Source: an uncultured virus (IMG/VR IMGVR_UViG_3300022923_001281) (lineage: Duplodnaviria; Heunggongvirae; Uroviricota; Caudoviricetes). From it: 54,096 bases of DNA. Position numbers and translations under genes: made by a program. This document shows positions 36,708 through 46,819 of this stretch, piece after piece. Positions within the stretch are counted from its first letter, which is position 1, and each line of letters opens with the position of its first letter. The stretch lies in the IMG/VR virus record IMGVR_UViG_3300022923_001281; one strand, given 5' to 3'. Under the pieces are notes generated by a model. It saw only the letters and a program-made list of their open reading frames with translations, did no database searches and had not been told where the DNA came from.

Positions 36708-37690
36708 TTGTACATTATCCAGAATTTTTAGATGAAAAAAATTTTCATTATTGGCAACCATACAAAGATGTATTCTTTGATTACTTCTTTGAACAATACA
36801 AAAATGAAGATACTATTGTGTTTTTTCATCCTACAGAATATGGCACATTAATAGAAGACAAAAAATTTTTCAAACGTGTTTTAGAATTTTGCGAACAAAA
36901 CAATATAGACTTTACTGTATGGCTTGGACATCATAATAATTACTCACATAAAAACGTAGTAAATTGGAAATGGTTTTGTGCTTTATACACACTATATATG
37001 AAAAAACATATGGAAAACAAGTTTGGCACATTTGATAGAAACATAACATTAGACAAACTATTTACTTGTTATAATTATAAAGCAAGATTACATAGATGTA
37101 TGCTTATAGATTTGTTATACAAAAACAATTTACAAGATTTAGGTTATATTAGTTGGCATAACATTTATGAAGACAGCAAAAAATCTTGGCAATATAATTT
37201 TGAACATTTTACTCCTAAAAAAATTGTGTTTGATGAGTATTTTGATCCACAAAATTATTTAGGCCATTTATGTAATCATTATAGTTTTTACAATAGTGTA
37301 TTTAATATTGTTACAGAATCAAGAGCACATAATATAGAATTAAGTGAAAAAACTTTTTGGTGTATTTGGAGCAAAAAACCTTTTTTAATTTTAGGCGCAA
37401 AAGGAATACACACTTATTTAGAAAGTTACGGCATCAAAAAATATCCAATTTTTGATTACAGTTTTGATAATTTTGATTCACTTGAGGATAGAGTACGAGG
37501 CATAATAAAAAATGTAAAGTCTCTCAAAGGCACAGATTATCAAATGCTTTGTAATCAATGTTTAGATATTTCTGAAAATAATTATAATGTAATGTATAAA
37601 ATATGTAAGACAGATCCTATTAAAGAAAAATTTTTAAAATTAAATTACAATGATCCGCATTATGAATATTACAAGGAATTAGTAACATGA
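36704..37690 (+). CDS. glycosyltransferase-like protein (GT10-like motif)
   Basis: R.HR, NIVTES, SEKTF..I..KKPFLILG and FDYSFD. Confidence 0.55.
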   Translation: MIVHYPEFLDEKNFHYWQPYKDVFFDYFFEQYKNEDTIVFFHPTEYGTLIEDKKFFKRVLEFCEQNNIDFTVWLGHHNNYSHKNVVNWKWFCALYTLYMKKHMENKFGTFDRNITLDKLFTCYNYKARLHRCMLIDLLYKNNLQDLGYISWHNIYEDSKKSWQYNFEHFTPKKIVFDEYFDPQNYLGHLCNHYSFYNSVFNIVTESRAHNIELSEKTFWCIWSKKPFLILGAKGIHTYLESYGIKKYPIFDYSFDNFDSLEDRVRGIIKNVKSLKGTDYQMLCNQCLDISENNYNVMYKICKTDPIKEKFLKLNYNDPHYEYYKELVT

Positions 37691-38262
37691 TTATAGTAAC
37701 TGGAGGTATACATAGAAGCGGAACAACATGGCTATATAATTGTGTAAAAAATTTGTTTGACGAATACAATTATTGCTTTTATGAAAATATTAATTTATAT
37801 CCTAATACCATATATAAATCACACACTTGGCATGAAGAATTTTTAAACACAGATAGTATACTGATAACAAGAGATATAAGAAGTGTAGCAGCAAGTTTAT
37901 TATCTTTCAAACCTTTGAAAAATTATTATAATTTAAATGAAAATAATATAATTAGACACTTAGAAAAAATAGTTATTAAAGAGTGTGAACTGTGGCAACC
38001 AAAACTAAAATTAAAATACGAAGACGGTAAACTAAAAAATACACAAAAAATAATTGATCATTTTTTAATTGATAAAAATGCTGAATCAATTGTACAAAAA
38101 ACCAATCAAATAGAACAACCAAAACACACAAGAGATATACATACCGAGCTATGGCCTAACCATATAACAGGCAGTAGCATGGCAAACTTACCAGTCAAGT
38201 TATGCGATGAAATAAGTATACACTTTGGATGGTGGCTAGAAAAACATGGATACAGAATATGA
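37687..38262 (+). CDS. sulfotransferase-like P-loop protein
   Basis: GGIHRSGTTWL (5'-PSB), RDIRSVAAS (3'-PB) and KYE. Confidence 0.75.
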   Translation: MIIVTGGIHRSGTTWLYNCVKNLFDEYNYCFYENINLYPNTIYKSHTWHEEFLNTDSILITRDIRSVAASLLSFKPLKNYYNLNENNIIRHLEKIVIKECELWQPKLKLKYEDGKLKNTQKIIDHFLIDKNAESIVQKTNQIEQPKHTRDIHTELWPNHITGSSMANLPVKLCDEISIHFGWWLEKHGYRI

Positions 38263-38921
38263 GCAATGTAGAAACTAACCCTAACATGGATATTAAAGTT
38301 TACAATAATGTTTATGTAAAAGAATACAAACCTGAATACAGAGAATATGTTGAATTATTTCGTATGAAGGCTCTAGCAGAAAACAATGATAGTTTGCGGC
38401 CAGAAAAATACAATCCTGACGAAGTAGATGGTCAAACTTGGATGACATATATTGATAGCGAACTGGCTAGTATCAGTGTTGTAGAACGCAGTCATTATAC
38501 CGGCGATCCTGATATTGCTGGTAGAATTTGTCGTTATCATATACTTAAAAAGTTTAGACACAGCAATGCTGGTTTTAGGATGCTTCCAAATCAAGTACAA
38601 TGGGCAAAAGATAACGGATTAAAAGTATTATACTGGACTCACAATGTAAACAACAAAGCATTAAATGCTATGTATCAAGGCAAAAAACGAATGGGTATGC
38701 GGGGTAAAGAAGTTCCATACTTTATGACAGATACATATCGTGCTTTTCAATTACAACCTGATATGATTTTCAAAGTCAGTGAAAAGTCAGATTTTCTACA
38801 ATACGTCTACGCAAACATATTAGAAGAAGGCTACACATGGCGTCCTAATTATAAAACCATTTTGTACCATCCACACAACGGAGATATCACAGAAGAGGTA
38901 AAATCTGCGGTGTTAAGTTAA
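38259..38921 (+). CDS. GNAT-fold acyltransferase-like protein
   Basis: RYHILKKFRHSNAG...WAKDNGLKVLYWTH..NNKALNAMY. Confidence 0.6.
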   Translation: MSNVETNPNMDIKVYNNVYVKEYKPEYREYVELFRMKALAENNDSLRPEKYNPDEVDGQTWMTYIDSELASISVVERSHYTGDPDIAGRICRYHILKKFRHSNAGFRMLPNQVQWAKDNGLKVLYWTHNVNNKALNAMYQGKKRMGMRGKEVPYFMTDTYRAFQLQPDMIFKVSEKSDFLQYVYANILEEGYTWRPNYKTILYHPHNGDITEEVKSAVLS

Positions 38922-39430
38922 TCATGTCCGTCGTCTGTTCTCATATTAAATGTAGAATCTGATTGAAAAACTGTAATAGCACTTCTTTTCCTAACTTGTC
39001 CTCTCACATCGTGATGTATATCAACAGCAATTTTATGCCACGTATGCGCAGGAATTACTTCTTGATATAAAAGTTTTTCTTTTTCTTCTGCTTCTGTATG
39101 TGTGTCACATCTACCAGTATACCATTGAGTGTATACTTCATCTCCTCCAGGATCTATAATATAATTATAAGCAGTTCTTCTGCCACTATCCATATGTATA
39201 CCTAATGTTTTGCCAACCACTTGATAGTATATATTGTTAGAAATATCAAAATCAAAAAAAGGCTGACAATAATCTATTATTTTTTTATCTGTAATGCTGT
39301 GCATACTAAAATATTCACGTTCACTTGGACTATGCGAATCTTGATACTTTTGTTGAATCAACTCGCCATCTTGGTCAAGCCATTCTACAGGAATTTTTTT
39401 CCAGTCAAAATATTCCAAATAAGGTTTCAT
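38918..39430 (-). CDS. Fe/2OG oxygenase-like protein
   Basis: IHMDSGR...HHDV...R. ATG 39430 has a GGAG RBS. Confidence 0.65.
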   Translation of the reverse strand: MKPYLEYFDWKKIPVEWLDQDGELIQQKYQDSHSPSEREYFSMHSITDKKIIDYCQPFFDFDISNNIYYQVVGKTLGIHMDSGRRTAYNYIIDPGGDEVYTQWYTGRCDTHTEAEEKEKLLYQEVIPAHTWHKIAVDIHHDVRGQVRKRSAITVFQSDSTFNMRTDDGHD

Positions 39431-40014
39431 AGTAAACTCCTTTCTTTTAGTTTGTTGAGTATAAAATTTGCTAACCACTTGTTTCCATTATTGCCGAAAT
39501 GAAAATTGTCATCACACAAAAATTCTTCGTACTTATTGTTGCCTAAATAATTACGAATACAATCTATACCTTTATATGGATTGTTTTGTGAGAAAACATA
39601 ATCGGATCTACTTGTAGCAAATTCAATGTATGATTTAGTTTGTATATATTCTAAAGGTTCTGTAAAAAGAGGAAAGTATTGTTTTGAGAAATCTGTGGTA
39701 CCAGGATAATGATAAATCATATTCACATGATCAAAACATCTATAATTTTTATATTTTTGAATTGACTGCTCGTTAAAATCTACCCACTGCCAAGACACGA
39801 ACCTAGGCGATCCTGTGAGTTGTATAATGTTTACGGCATTTTTGTCATAAGTTTTATCTAACATATAACACATAAAAGCTAAACTACTTCCAGTATAAGC
39901 ATAATTATTAAAATTTACATCAGGTAACATTTTTGATAATTCAGTTGCCCAACTTTCAAAATCATGCTCTTTGATGCCGTGGCTGAAACTACAACCGTAA
40001 ATGTTGATATTCAT
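39427..40014 (-). CDS. SGNH-hydrolase-like protein
   Basis: IYGCSFSHG, NYAYTGSS and DNFHFG..GN..LA. Confidence 0.6.
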   Translation of the reverse strand: MNINIYGCSFSHGIKEHDFESWATELSKMLPDVNFNNYAYTGSSLAFMCYMLDKTYDKNAVNIIQLTGSPRFVSWQWVDFNEQSIQKYKNYRCFDHVNMIYHYPGTTDFSKQYFPLFTEPLEYIQTKSYIEFATSRSDYVFSQNNPYKGIDCIRNYLGNNKYEEFLCDDNFHFGNNGNKWLANFILNKLKERSLL

Positions 40015-40541
40015 CTGATTAATAAGCCTCTGTCATTTAAATCTTTTACAACTTCGTATGTATAGGGCTCTAAAAAACATACACTTAAATTTATGCGTGG
40101 TGTTTTGCTTTTTGTGTTATCTACTCCGTGGGGAACATTTTTAAATAATATTGGCGTGGTGTAAATTACACTTTCTTTTATTGTGCCAGAATGGTCAGTG
40201 AACTTTTTTTCGTTGCCACATATACCATTCCATTCAGGAATGTCCCAAAAGTCTAAACTTGTATCTTCATAACTATCTGTACAAGGAATAAGTATACCAG
40301 CAGTTCTGCCATTGTCAATATGGGGTAATAAGTATTCTCCTGCTTGTGCTGCTACAAGCAATCCCATATAACTCCATATAGGTAATATTTGATCTGTGAG
40401 CCATTTGGGTTCATATTTTTTGTACCTTTGAACATAACCATATCCCCATTCTTCAGGCGTAATAGTTTGCCATTCGGTTTCATTTTCTATTACATGTTGT
40501 ATATCATCATGATCTACTTTAATATTTAAAAAATCATACAT
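40011..40541 (-). CDS. Fe/2OG oxygenase-like protein
   Basis: PHID..R...PHGVDN...RINLSV. Confidence 0.75.
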   Translation of the reverse strand: MYDFLNIKVDHDDIQHVIENETEWQTITPEEWGYGYVQRYKKYEPKWLTDQILPIWSYMGLLVAAQAGEYLLPHIDNGRTAGILIPCTDSYEDTSLDFWDIPEWNGICGNEKKFTDHSGTIKESVIYTTPILFKNVPHGVDNTKSKTPRINLSVCFLEPYTYEVVKDLNDRGLLIR

Positions 40542-41127
40542 CTAAATCTTCAATTATATATTCTTTTACTTGTTTTTTTATTTGCTTGTATGTTTTACCA
40601 TATACCAAACTACTAAAACAATAACTTAATTTTTTGTCTTTGTTCCATCCGTTGTGTAGTTTACTAGTATCAATAACTGTAAATCTATCATTTTCTAATT
40701 TGCGGATGTGTCCATTGCTTTCAACTTCTATATTTCCGTATACTGGAAATAAAATACTTGTGTTAATAAAATCATCAGCTACAGCATTTACTGTTTCATC
40801 TTCGGCATCATACACATCATAATGTGAACCTACTTCTGTATTTGGAAGTATATTAATAAAATGAGATTCAACAAATGTGCCAAAAAATTTGCTCATTTGT
40901 TTATCTAACTCAAATAATTCATGATTACCAATATGATAGTTTCCTGTGTTAATTACTTGTCCATTTGCTGTCCTTAAGACATTAGAAAATCCGTCATAAT
41001 TGTGTAAGTCTGTATCAACAAAATTCTTCCTCCATTCAGCATGAAACAAATAATTATAAGTATTATCATTTTGAATGTCAAAATCAAATATGTTTCGAAA
41101 ACTAAACAAGATCAATCCTTTTAACAT
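40534..41127 (-). CDS. Fe/2OG oxygenase-like protein
   Basis: SHYD...IDTSKLHNG. Confidence 0.65.
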   Translation of the reverse strand: MLKGLILFSFRNIFDFDIQNDNTYNYLFHAEWRKNFVDTDLHNYDGFSNVLRTANGQVINTGNYHIGNHELFELDKQMSKFFGTFVESHFINILPNTEVGSHYDVYDAEDETVNAVADDFINTSILFPVYGNIEVESNGHIRKLENDRFTVIDTSKLHNGWNKDKKLSYCFSSLVYGKTYKQIKKQVKEYIIEDLDV

Positions 41128-41800
41128 TAGGGTTTTCTATCAGATACTTAATAGCTAAACAAACATCATAATCTGTTGATTTTTCGTATCTAATTGTACG
41201 GTTATGATTCAGTGATAGTAAGCCATTTGTGATTTTTGAAATAGTATTGGTTCGGCTATCATCACAGTTAAAATATTTTTCAATTACTGTGTTGTCAAAT
41301 TCTAAAGTAATTGGATAAGTTTGAATCCATTCGCTAACTAATGTGTTATTTTTAGCCTTGCTTACAATTTCGTCATATGATTTATCAAAATGAAAAAGCA
41401 AATTAAATCTATGTTTATCAGTATGATTGACACCGTTGTGTAAAGTTTTAGCATTGGTCAATACAGGACTGCTGTAATAATAATCTTCTTTACCTTCAAA
41501 CTTTATTAGATGCGGTGTGTCATCAATAGGCACAATCAATGTGCAACCACGTGTGGCGTCTGTATGGTATCCAGTTTCGCTGTGTGGTGGTACCCAACTA
41601 AAACTATAAGTAGTGCTATCTAACAAACTACCTTTTATTTTGTATGCTTCAATGTTTATAGGAAATAGTATGTCTTTATGGTCTAACACAGTTTTACCAC
41701 CATCTGGACTATAAGACGGCCATATGTCAATAGAGCTTACACAATCTTGAAGAACTTTGCGATTATAATCTAAACTTATTGGAAATATACAATTATCCAT
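41102..41800 (-). CDS. Fe/2OG oxygenase-like protein with C-terminal extension
   Basis: YHTD..R...LHNGVN...RFNLLF. Confidence 0.7.
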   Translation of the reverse strand: MDNCIFPISLDYNRKVLQDCVSSIDIWPSYSPDGGKTVLDHKDILFPINIEAYKIKGSLLDSTTYSFSWVPPHSETGYHTDATRGCTLIVPIDDTPHLIKFEGKEDYYYSSPVLTNAKTLHNGVNHTDKHRFNLLFHFDKSYDEIVSKAKNNTLVSEWIQTYPITLEFDNTVIEKYFNCDDSRTNTISKITNGLLSLNHNRTIRYEKSTDYDVCLAIKYLIENPNVKRIDLV

Positions 41801-42356
41801 TATTTTTGTCCTTAGTCAGTGTAATGCTTTCTATACACTCTGGTGCGTTAATAATCCAATCTATAACTTCTGCTACATATTTTGTATTTAATTTTACTTC
41901 GTCAGGATGATAACTATCAACAAGTGGAGTGTGCATATGTCCTAAACTTATGTATGTACACTTTATATTAGGAGTAACACTGTCTCTATTATGGTTAATT
42001 GTTTCACACAATTGTTTCAAAGCTAATTTTTCTGATCCATAACTGATATATTTTAACCAAGGTTGTTCTTTATTAATATGGTCGCTTATACTTCCTATTG
42101 AAACAATATGAACGTTTTGTTTTGTTGCTTCAAACAACATATATAATTTGTGAAGTAATCTTACCTGACTATAGTTGTTCATTTTTTCCGTATAACAGTT
42201 AAGAATAATTACATCATAATGTGTAGCTACATGACAAAATTTGTCCATGCCTTCGTCTGTAGATAAATCATATCCATTTGATCTACTAGCATAACTTGTA
42301 TTGGTAATAGCACTTGCTAATCCATAATTAGGATTACCCGTTGTTAGTATTTTCAT
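41793..42356 (-). CDS. minimal short-chain dehydrogenase/reductase
   Basis: LTTGNPNYGLA, SRSNGYDL, IVSIGS and YGSEK (YxxxK). Confidence 0.75.
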   Translation of the reverse strand: MKILTTGNPNYGLASAITNTSYASRSNGYDLSTDEGMDKFCHVATHYDVIILNCYTEKMNNYSQVRLLHKLYMLFEATKQNVHIVSIGSISDHINKEQPWLKYISYGSEKLALKQLCETINHNRDSVTPNIKCTYISLGHMHTPLVDSYHPDEVKLNTKYVAEVIDWIINAPECIESITLTKDKNNG

Positions 42357-42663
42357 AGTTTTTTTGTTCTTGTATATTGCTGCTATAATATTGATCTATT
42401 TGTTTTTTAAAAGCCGAACGAGTATCATTAAAAACTATAGTCATATCACTGGTAATTGTATTTTGTCTATTGTAATTTTCAATAGCCCATAACTGTTTAT
42501 TAATTGAATACAATACTGAAACAAAATGTTTGTTAAACTGATTTACTTTATCTTTATATTGTTCGATTTCGTCAGCAACATCTAATCCATGTTCTTCTTT
42601 TAACAATAGAATAGTGTATCTATCGATAAAGTCACTTACGCTTATTTCAACCTTTATACCCAT
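42334..42663 (-). CDS. DUF6165-like protein
   Basis: ISVSDFIDRYTIL.LK...INKQLWAIE...NDTRS..KKQID...EQKNY. Confidence 0.6.
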   Translation of the reverse strand: MGIKVEISVSDFIDRYTILLLKEEHGLDVADEIEQYKDKVNQFNKHFVSVLYSINKQLWAIENYNRQNTITSDMTIVFNDTRSAFKKQIDQYYSSNIQEQKNYENTNNG

Positions 42664-43324
42664 TTATAAATTCTTCTTCGCTTTGGAACTGTTTTAAATA
42701 CTTATTTTCTTTTCCGTGTGCGTAATCTAATGCTGAATGTCTATGTGGCATTACAGGGTAATAATCTGTTCTAGAACTGTGAGCAACATGTGTCCACCCT
42801 CCTTCTCTGCCAATACAATATTTGCTTGTTGAAATTAATTTACAGTTTTCTTCAATACTCATGTGATTTCCTAACTGTATAGGATTATCTAAATGTTGAA
42901 CTATTTCTTCACTTACATTTCTTGGTAAGGTATAATCATGACCATTATATATTTCTTCTGGACCTGTTGTGTAATAACAAATATGTTTTTGTGGATTCCG
43001 TTTGAACTTAGTAGGATAATACTTGTGCCTTAAAGTACACGGAATAGTTTGTATTTCTTCTTGTAAATATCCAGGTGCTTGTAGATTTTTTAAATTATCT
43101 TGCCAAGATTGTTGATGATCAACATCTAAATGAATAGTTGGTTTTTTATTAATAATTACAGGATGTTTTGGCTCCTGAAAGCATGTTAATATTTCACACC
43201 ATTTACTGTAATTTCTGTCATTTAAACATAGGTCAATACTTAATTCGGTTTTTTGGTTACATAGCAACCAACTTATGTTTTGCCATAATCCTCCTAAACC
43301 CATGTAGTCAAAATTAAAAAACAT
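42647..43324 (-). CDS. GT9-like glycosyltransferase
   Basis: GLGG at the N-terminus. SIEENCKLISTSKYCIGREGGWTHVA resembles the GT9 G.DSG..HlA motif. Confidence 0.55.
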   Translation of the reverse strand: MFFNFDYMGLGGLWQNISWLLCNQKTELSIDLCLNDRNYSKWCEILTCFQEPKHPVIINKKPTIHLDVDHQQSWQDNLKNLQAPGYLQEEIQTIPCTLRHKYYPTKFKRNPQKHICYYTTGPEEIYNGHDYTLPRNVSEEIVQHLDNPIQLGNHMSIEENCKLISTSKYCIGREGGWTHVAHSSRTDYYPVMPHRHSALDYAHGKENKYLKQFQSEEEFINGYKG

Positions 43325-43794
43325 TACCCTTTGCATTTTTGCGCATACCAACTTAGAGGGAGATTTAAAAATTTATAATCTTCACCAGTGACTTTTCCTC
43401 TACAATTATTACTTCCACAATTACATTCAAGGATATAATCTTTCTTTGTTAACATAAAGGTACCATAGTCTACACACAGAAATTCATCTGTTTTTATGTT
43501 ATGTAAAGCTCTAAATACAATTTGCCCATCAATATAAACATTAGGATTACAACTATGATTTATGTAGGCTTCGTATTCGCTTCCATTTGGTAAATCAAGC
43601 ACAAGATCTTTATCAATGAGCAAACCTTTATACCAACCATGTTCGCTTGGTCTTCTAGCCATGCCTCCTATTACAAAAACAATATCATCTTTTTTTATAT
43701 CAGCTGTAGCATATCTACATAACCCATGTATAGGACTAGATTTTACGGCTGTATTTTTATGTAGATAACAATGATTCAAGTTTTGGATCCTCAA
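43324..43794 (-). CDS. SET-domain methyltransferase with post-SET Zn motif
   Basis: SSPIHG, YINHSCNPN, FRALHNI...DYG and CNCGSNNCRG. Confidence 0.92.
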   Translation of the reverse strand: MRIQNLNHCYLHKNTAVKSSPIHGLCRYATADIKKDDIVFVIGGMARRPSEHGWYKGLLIDKDLVLDLPNGSEYEAYINHSCNPNVYIDGQIVFRALHNIKTDEFLCVDYGTFMLTKKDYILECNCGSNNCRGKVTGEDYKFLNLPLSWYAQKCKG

Positions 43795-44512
43795 AGTTAA
43801 CTAAACATAATATATGATATCTATCATATCCTAATTTATTATTTACAGCATGATTGTGTTGAGTGTTTATAATCCATGCTTCATTGAATTTGTAATTTTC
43901 AATATGTATTTTGTTGTCCATATACACTAACATTTGAGCATGTAGTGAAGTTATTAATGGAATATGTACATAGGCATGTGTATACACAGTTTCGTAATAA
44001 TTATGACTATGCCAATTAATTCTTTGCTGGTTATCAACTTTGCTGATCATTATACGATCACACATATCCCATGTAAATAAATCTTCTACAATACTTTTAA
44101 TATAAGGAATTTGTTCGCATAATGTTGTATCTACAAGATGTTCAGGAGGCACTCTGCCATCAACTATTATATCTTGCTTTCCTAAAATTTCCATGAAATC
44201 AAGAGTTTCACCAAATCCAAAGTCTGAATCAGTATTAAAATTTCTTAAAAATTTAGCAGACCAATAGTGACTAATTCCTGCTCCTCGAGTTCCTTTGACA
44301 TCATTATTATACCCGTGCCAGTTTTCTAAATCCTTTAATTCTTCTTCAATTTTATTTTTGTTTAAATTTAAATCAGCAAGTTTATAGTGAGGAACATGTA
44401 TTAATTTTTTTGCTAAAGAGTGCTTTGCTCTTTGGGGATCACAACGAGGAACACAAGATTTATCAAATGCTGGAGCATCTAAAATATTTTCTAGTTTCTT
44501 ATGTAGTTTCAT
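43757..44512 (-). CDS. AspH-like Fe/2OG oxygenase
   Basis: WHSH...HIPLIT...HAVNN...RYHI. Confidence 0.7.
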   Translation of the reverse strand: MKLHKKLENILDAPAFDKSCVPRCDPQRAKHSLAKKLIHVPHYKLADLNLNKNKIEEELKDLENWHGYNNDVKGTRGAGISHYWSAKFLRNFNTDSDFGFGETLDFMEILGKQDIIVDGRVPPEHLVDTTLCEQIPYIKSIVEDLFTWDMCDRIMISKVDNQQRINWHSHNYYETVYTHAYVHIPLITSLHAQMLVYMDNKIHIENYKFNEAWIINTQHNHAVNNKLGYDRYHILCLVNFEDPKLESLLST

Positions 44513-45042
44513 TACATCTCCAAATAAGGATTGTTTAAATTTTTTGTTTCCTCAGCGTTATTGAAAACAATATGTATACGATCCTGTCTAGTACCATTTA
44601 AAAAATTATGTAATTCGTGTGTATTTGTCCAATATACTTTTCCAGGATACATTCTTACCGTAGTTTCTTTATCAGGAAAGTGCATATAAGTCTGTAAAGG
44701 TTTTGAAATTACCGGAATATGAAATCTTGTGTAATAGTCAATATGTGTTGTATAACAAGTCTTTGGCGGAAGATTCATTATACGAGCATGAGCTACAGGA
44801 AAAGCCATACTACATAATAATTCCTTTAAGTATGTTCCTTCTAGTTTACTGTGGTAGTTTACAAATTTTTGTTCATCATTGCTAAGTTTATCACTTTTGC
44901 CTACACCGGCGTACCAATCTTCTACGTCAGCATATTGTAAGGCAATTTGATTAGACTTGTAGGGTATGTTTTTTGTAATTTGGTTAACATCATTTACAAG
45001 TCTTTCAATGTCTACTTTATATTGTAGTTCTGAATAGACCAT
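44512..45042 (-). CDS. AspH-like Fe/2OG oxygenase
   Basis: ARIMNL...THID...RFHIP...HNFLN...RIHIV. Confidence 0.8.
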   Translation of the reverse strand: MVYSELQYKVDIERLVNDVNQITKNIPYKSNQIALQYADVEDWYAGVGKSDKLSNDEQKFVNYHSKLEGTYLKELLCSMAFPVAHARIMNLPPKTCYTTHIDYYTRFHIPVISKPLQTYMHFPDKETTVRMYPGKVYWTNTHELHNFLNGTRQDRIHIVFNNAEETKNLNNPYLEM

Positions 45043-45047
45043 AAGTT

Positions 45048-45076
45048 ATTATACAAATAAATTTTGTTTTTGTCAA
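45048..45076 (-). promoter_or_regulatory. consensus sigma70 promoter, probably leaderless transcript
   Basis: TTGACA-17-TATAAT on the minus strand, with the ATG 5 nt after the -10. Confidence 0.85.
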
Positions 45077-45720
45077 CGATAATTTATTGAAATAGGTTGT
45101 TTCTTCAATGTTGGAAATTTAAAATCACTGGTAGGATGCTGACGTCTATTGGTTTCTGTATTTTTATATCCAATGCCCATTAGTAGCATAATATCATTTT
45201 TTACACCTAAGTATTGTTGAATTGCTTCGTTATCAAAACAAGCACAACAGCCTGTATTGTATCCTAACATACTAGCAGTTAGATTTGCGTAACCTGCTGC
45301 TACACCAGTGCTCATATGGCTATCTTTTTTGAAAGCATTCCAGTCATCTTTTGTAAGATCGTCATCTGTTAGCCTAACCGTTTGAAGATTGCGTTGAGAT
45401 CCTAAACTGTTTACAGTGAAGTCTTCTCTTTCAAAAACAAGTAATAAATTTGCCAGTGTTTGGCTATTTGTAGTTGTTTCGCCTGTATCAAAGTTTTTAG
45501 TGAATCCGTCTGTCATATTATGAATAGCATGGATATCATTACTATCGGTAATAACATGAACTTTGTAATAAGCAATATTTTGTTTACTAGGACAATTTGT
45601 TACAGCGTGAACTAATAAATCTATATCCTCTTCAGGCATAGTTTGTGATAAATCAAAATTTCTTTGGCAGTGTTGACTTTTAATAATTGCTTTTTTAACA
45701 TCGTTGTGAGTAAAGATCAT
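45073..45720 (-). CDS. nitroreductase-fold flavoprotein
   Basis: QRNFD...CPSKQN...GVAAGY..LTASMLGY.TG...LMGIGY. GGAG RBS before 45720. Confidence 0.8.
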   Translation of the reverse strand: MIFTHNDVKKAIIKSQHCQRNFDLSQTMPEEDIDLLVHAVTNCPSKQNIAYYKVHVITDSNDIHAIHNMTDGFTKNFDTGETTTNSQTLANLLLVFEREDFTVNSLGSQRNLQTVRLTDDDLTKDDWNAFKKDSHMSTGVAAGYANLTASMLGYNTGCCACFDNEAIQQYLGVKNDIMLLMGIGYKNTETNRRQHPTSDFKFPTLKKQPISINYR

Positions 45721-45721
45721 A

Positions 45722-46819
45722 TTATTCTCCTTCAATGTATTTAGCCAGTCTGGGTAAGTAATCTTTTAAATATTTTCCTTGTAAGCCATCAGTGTCTTTT
45801 ATAAACAATTTTAAACTATCAAATTTTTCCTGCTCAAATTTGTAATTGTTTAGATACGGTTTATTGTATTCATCTATTATTTCTTTTACATACTCCTCAG
45901 GTAAAGCATTTCTATTCATGTGCGCAGGATGTTCTATCCATTCCCAGTCAAACTCAATATTGAGATTTTCTGCTGCTGTGATTGTATCTTTCAGTTTCTC
46001 TAAAGTTAAAACACCTAACGTGGCAAACAATACAAGTCTAACATTTTTGTTTTCATTAGCAAAAGACTTCCATTGTCTAATTACATTTTGTATGTTGTCA
46101 AAATTAGATCCTAATCGAATATACTCGATAGTTTCATTATATACGTCTACACTAAATTTAATGTTAAGTTTTTTAAATTTTTTTAAATACTTTACAAGTT
46201 TTATAGGAAAGAAACTTGTGTTTGTATGAACATTTAGTTTTACGTTTTGAATAACGTTTCTTTGATCTAAAAACTCAAAAAACTTAATAGTCTGAGGATC
46301 GACAAATGGTTCTCCGCCTATTAGGTCAACATAATTTAAATTTGATAAATCTACATCTTCAAATACTTTTTTAAAATCTGTATCTGTAGTGTATGACGGC
46401 TCTCTAAACCATTTTGTTAATTCTGGATTATTTTCAACTAATTTACTGATAGTACTACTACTTCTTGTATCACACATTTTACAAGCATAGTTACAAAAGT
46501 TGCTTAGGTTTATTTGCATCCAAGAAATTTTATTTTCTACAGGTTCTTCAGAAACTTTTACTCGCATACTGGGCAACCCAGCATCTTCTATATTTTTACA
46601 TTTTATACAACCCTGATGCCACTCCCCTTTAATATTCATAGTCTCAATAACATCTTGATGTAAAGCACCATGAAAATACGTATTAAAACCTTCATTTACC
46701 ATTGTGCGATCATCGTCATTGCTAAAAGCAGTACCGTCTTTGTCCCAATAACAACAAGGACTAAAGTATCCAGGTAGCCTTAAACACACATGAGTTGTTA
46801 AGACTTTACAATGTGGCAT
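45722..46819 (-). CDS. radical SAM enzyme with N-terminal SPASM/twitch-like cluster
   Basis: CNYACKMC, GGEP, HTN, FSVD and N-terminal PCC...CIKC. Confidence 0.88.
   Translation of the reverse strand: MPHCKVLTTHVCLRLPGYFSPCCYWDKDGTAFSNDDDRTMVNEGFNTYFHGALHQDVIETMNIKGEWHQGCIKCKNIEDAGLPSMRVKVSEEPVENKISWMQINLSNFCNYACKMCDTRSSSTISKLVENNPELTKWFREPSYTTDTDFKKVFEDVDLSNLNYVDLIGGEPFVDPQTIKFFEFLDQRNVIQNVKLNVHTNTSFFPIKLVKYLKKFKKLNIKFSVDVYNETIEYIRLGSNFDNIQNVIRQWKSFANENKNVRLVLFATLGVLTLEKLKDTITAAENLNIEFDWEWIEHPAHMNRNALPEEYVKEIIDEYNKPYLNNYKFEQEKFDSLKLFIKDTDGLQGKYLKDYLPRLAKYIEGE

Noticed and set aside
38918..38921. Convergent genes sharing one TTAA as both stop codons
   Set aside because: Real, but a common compaction feature with no further signal.
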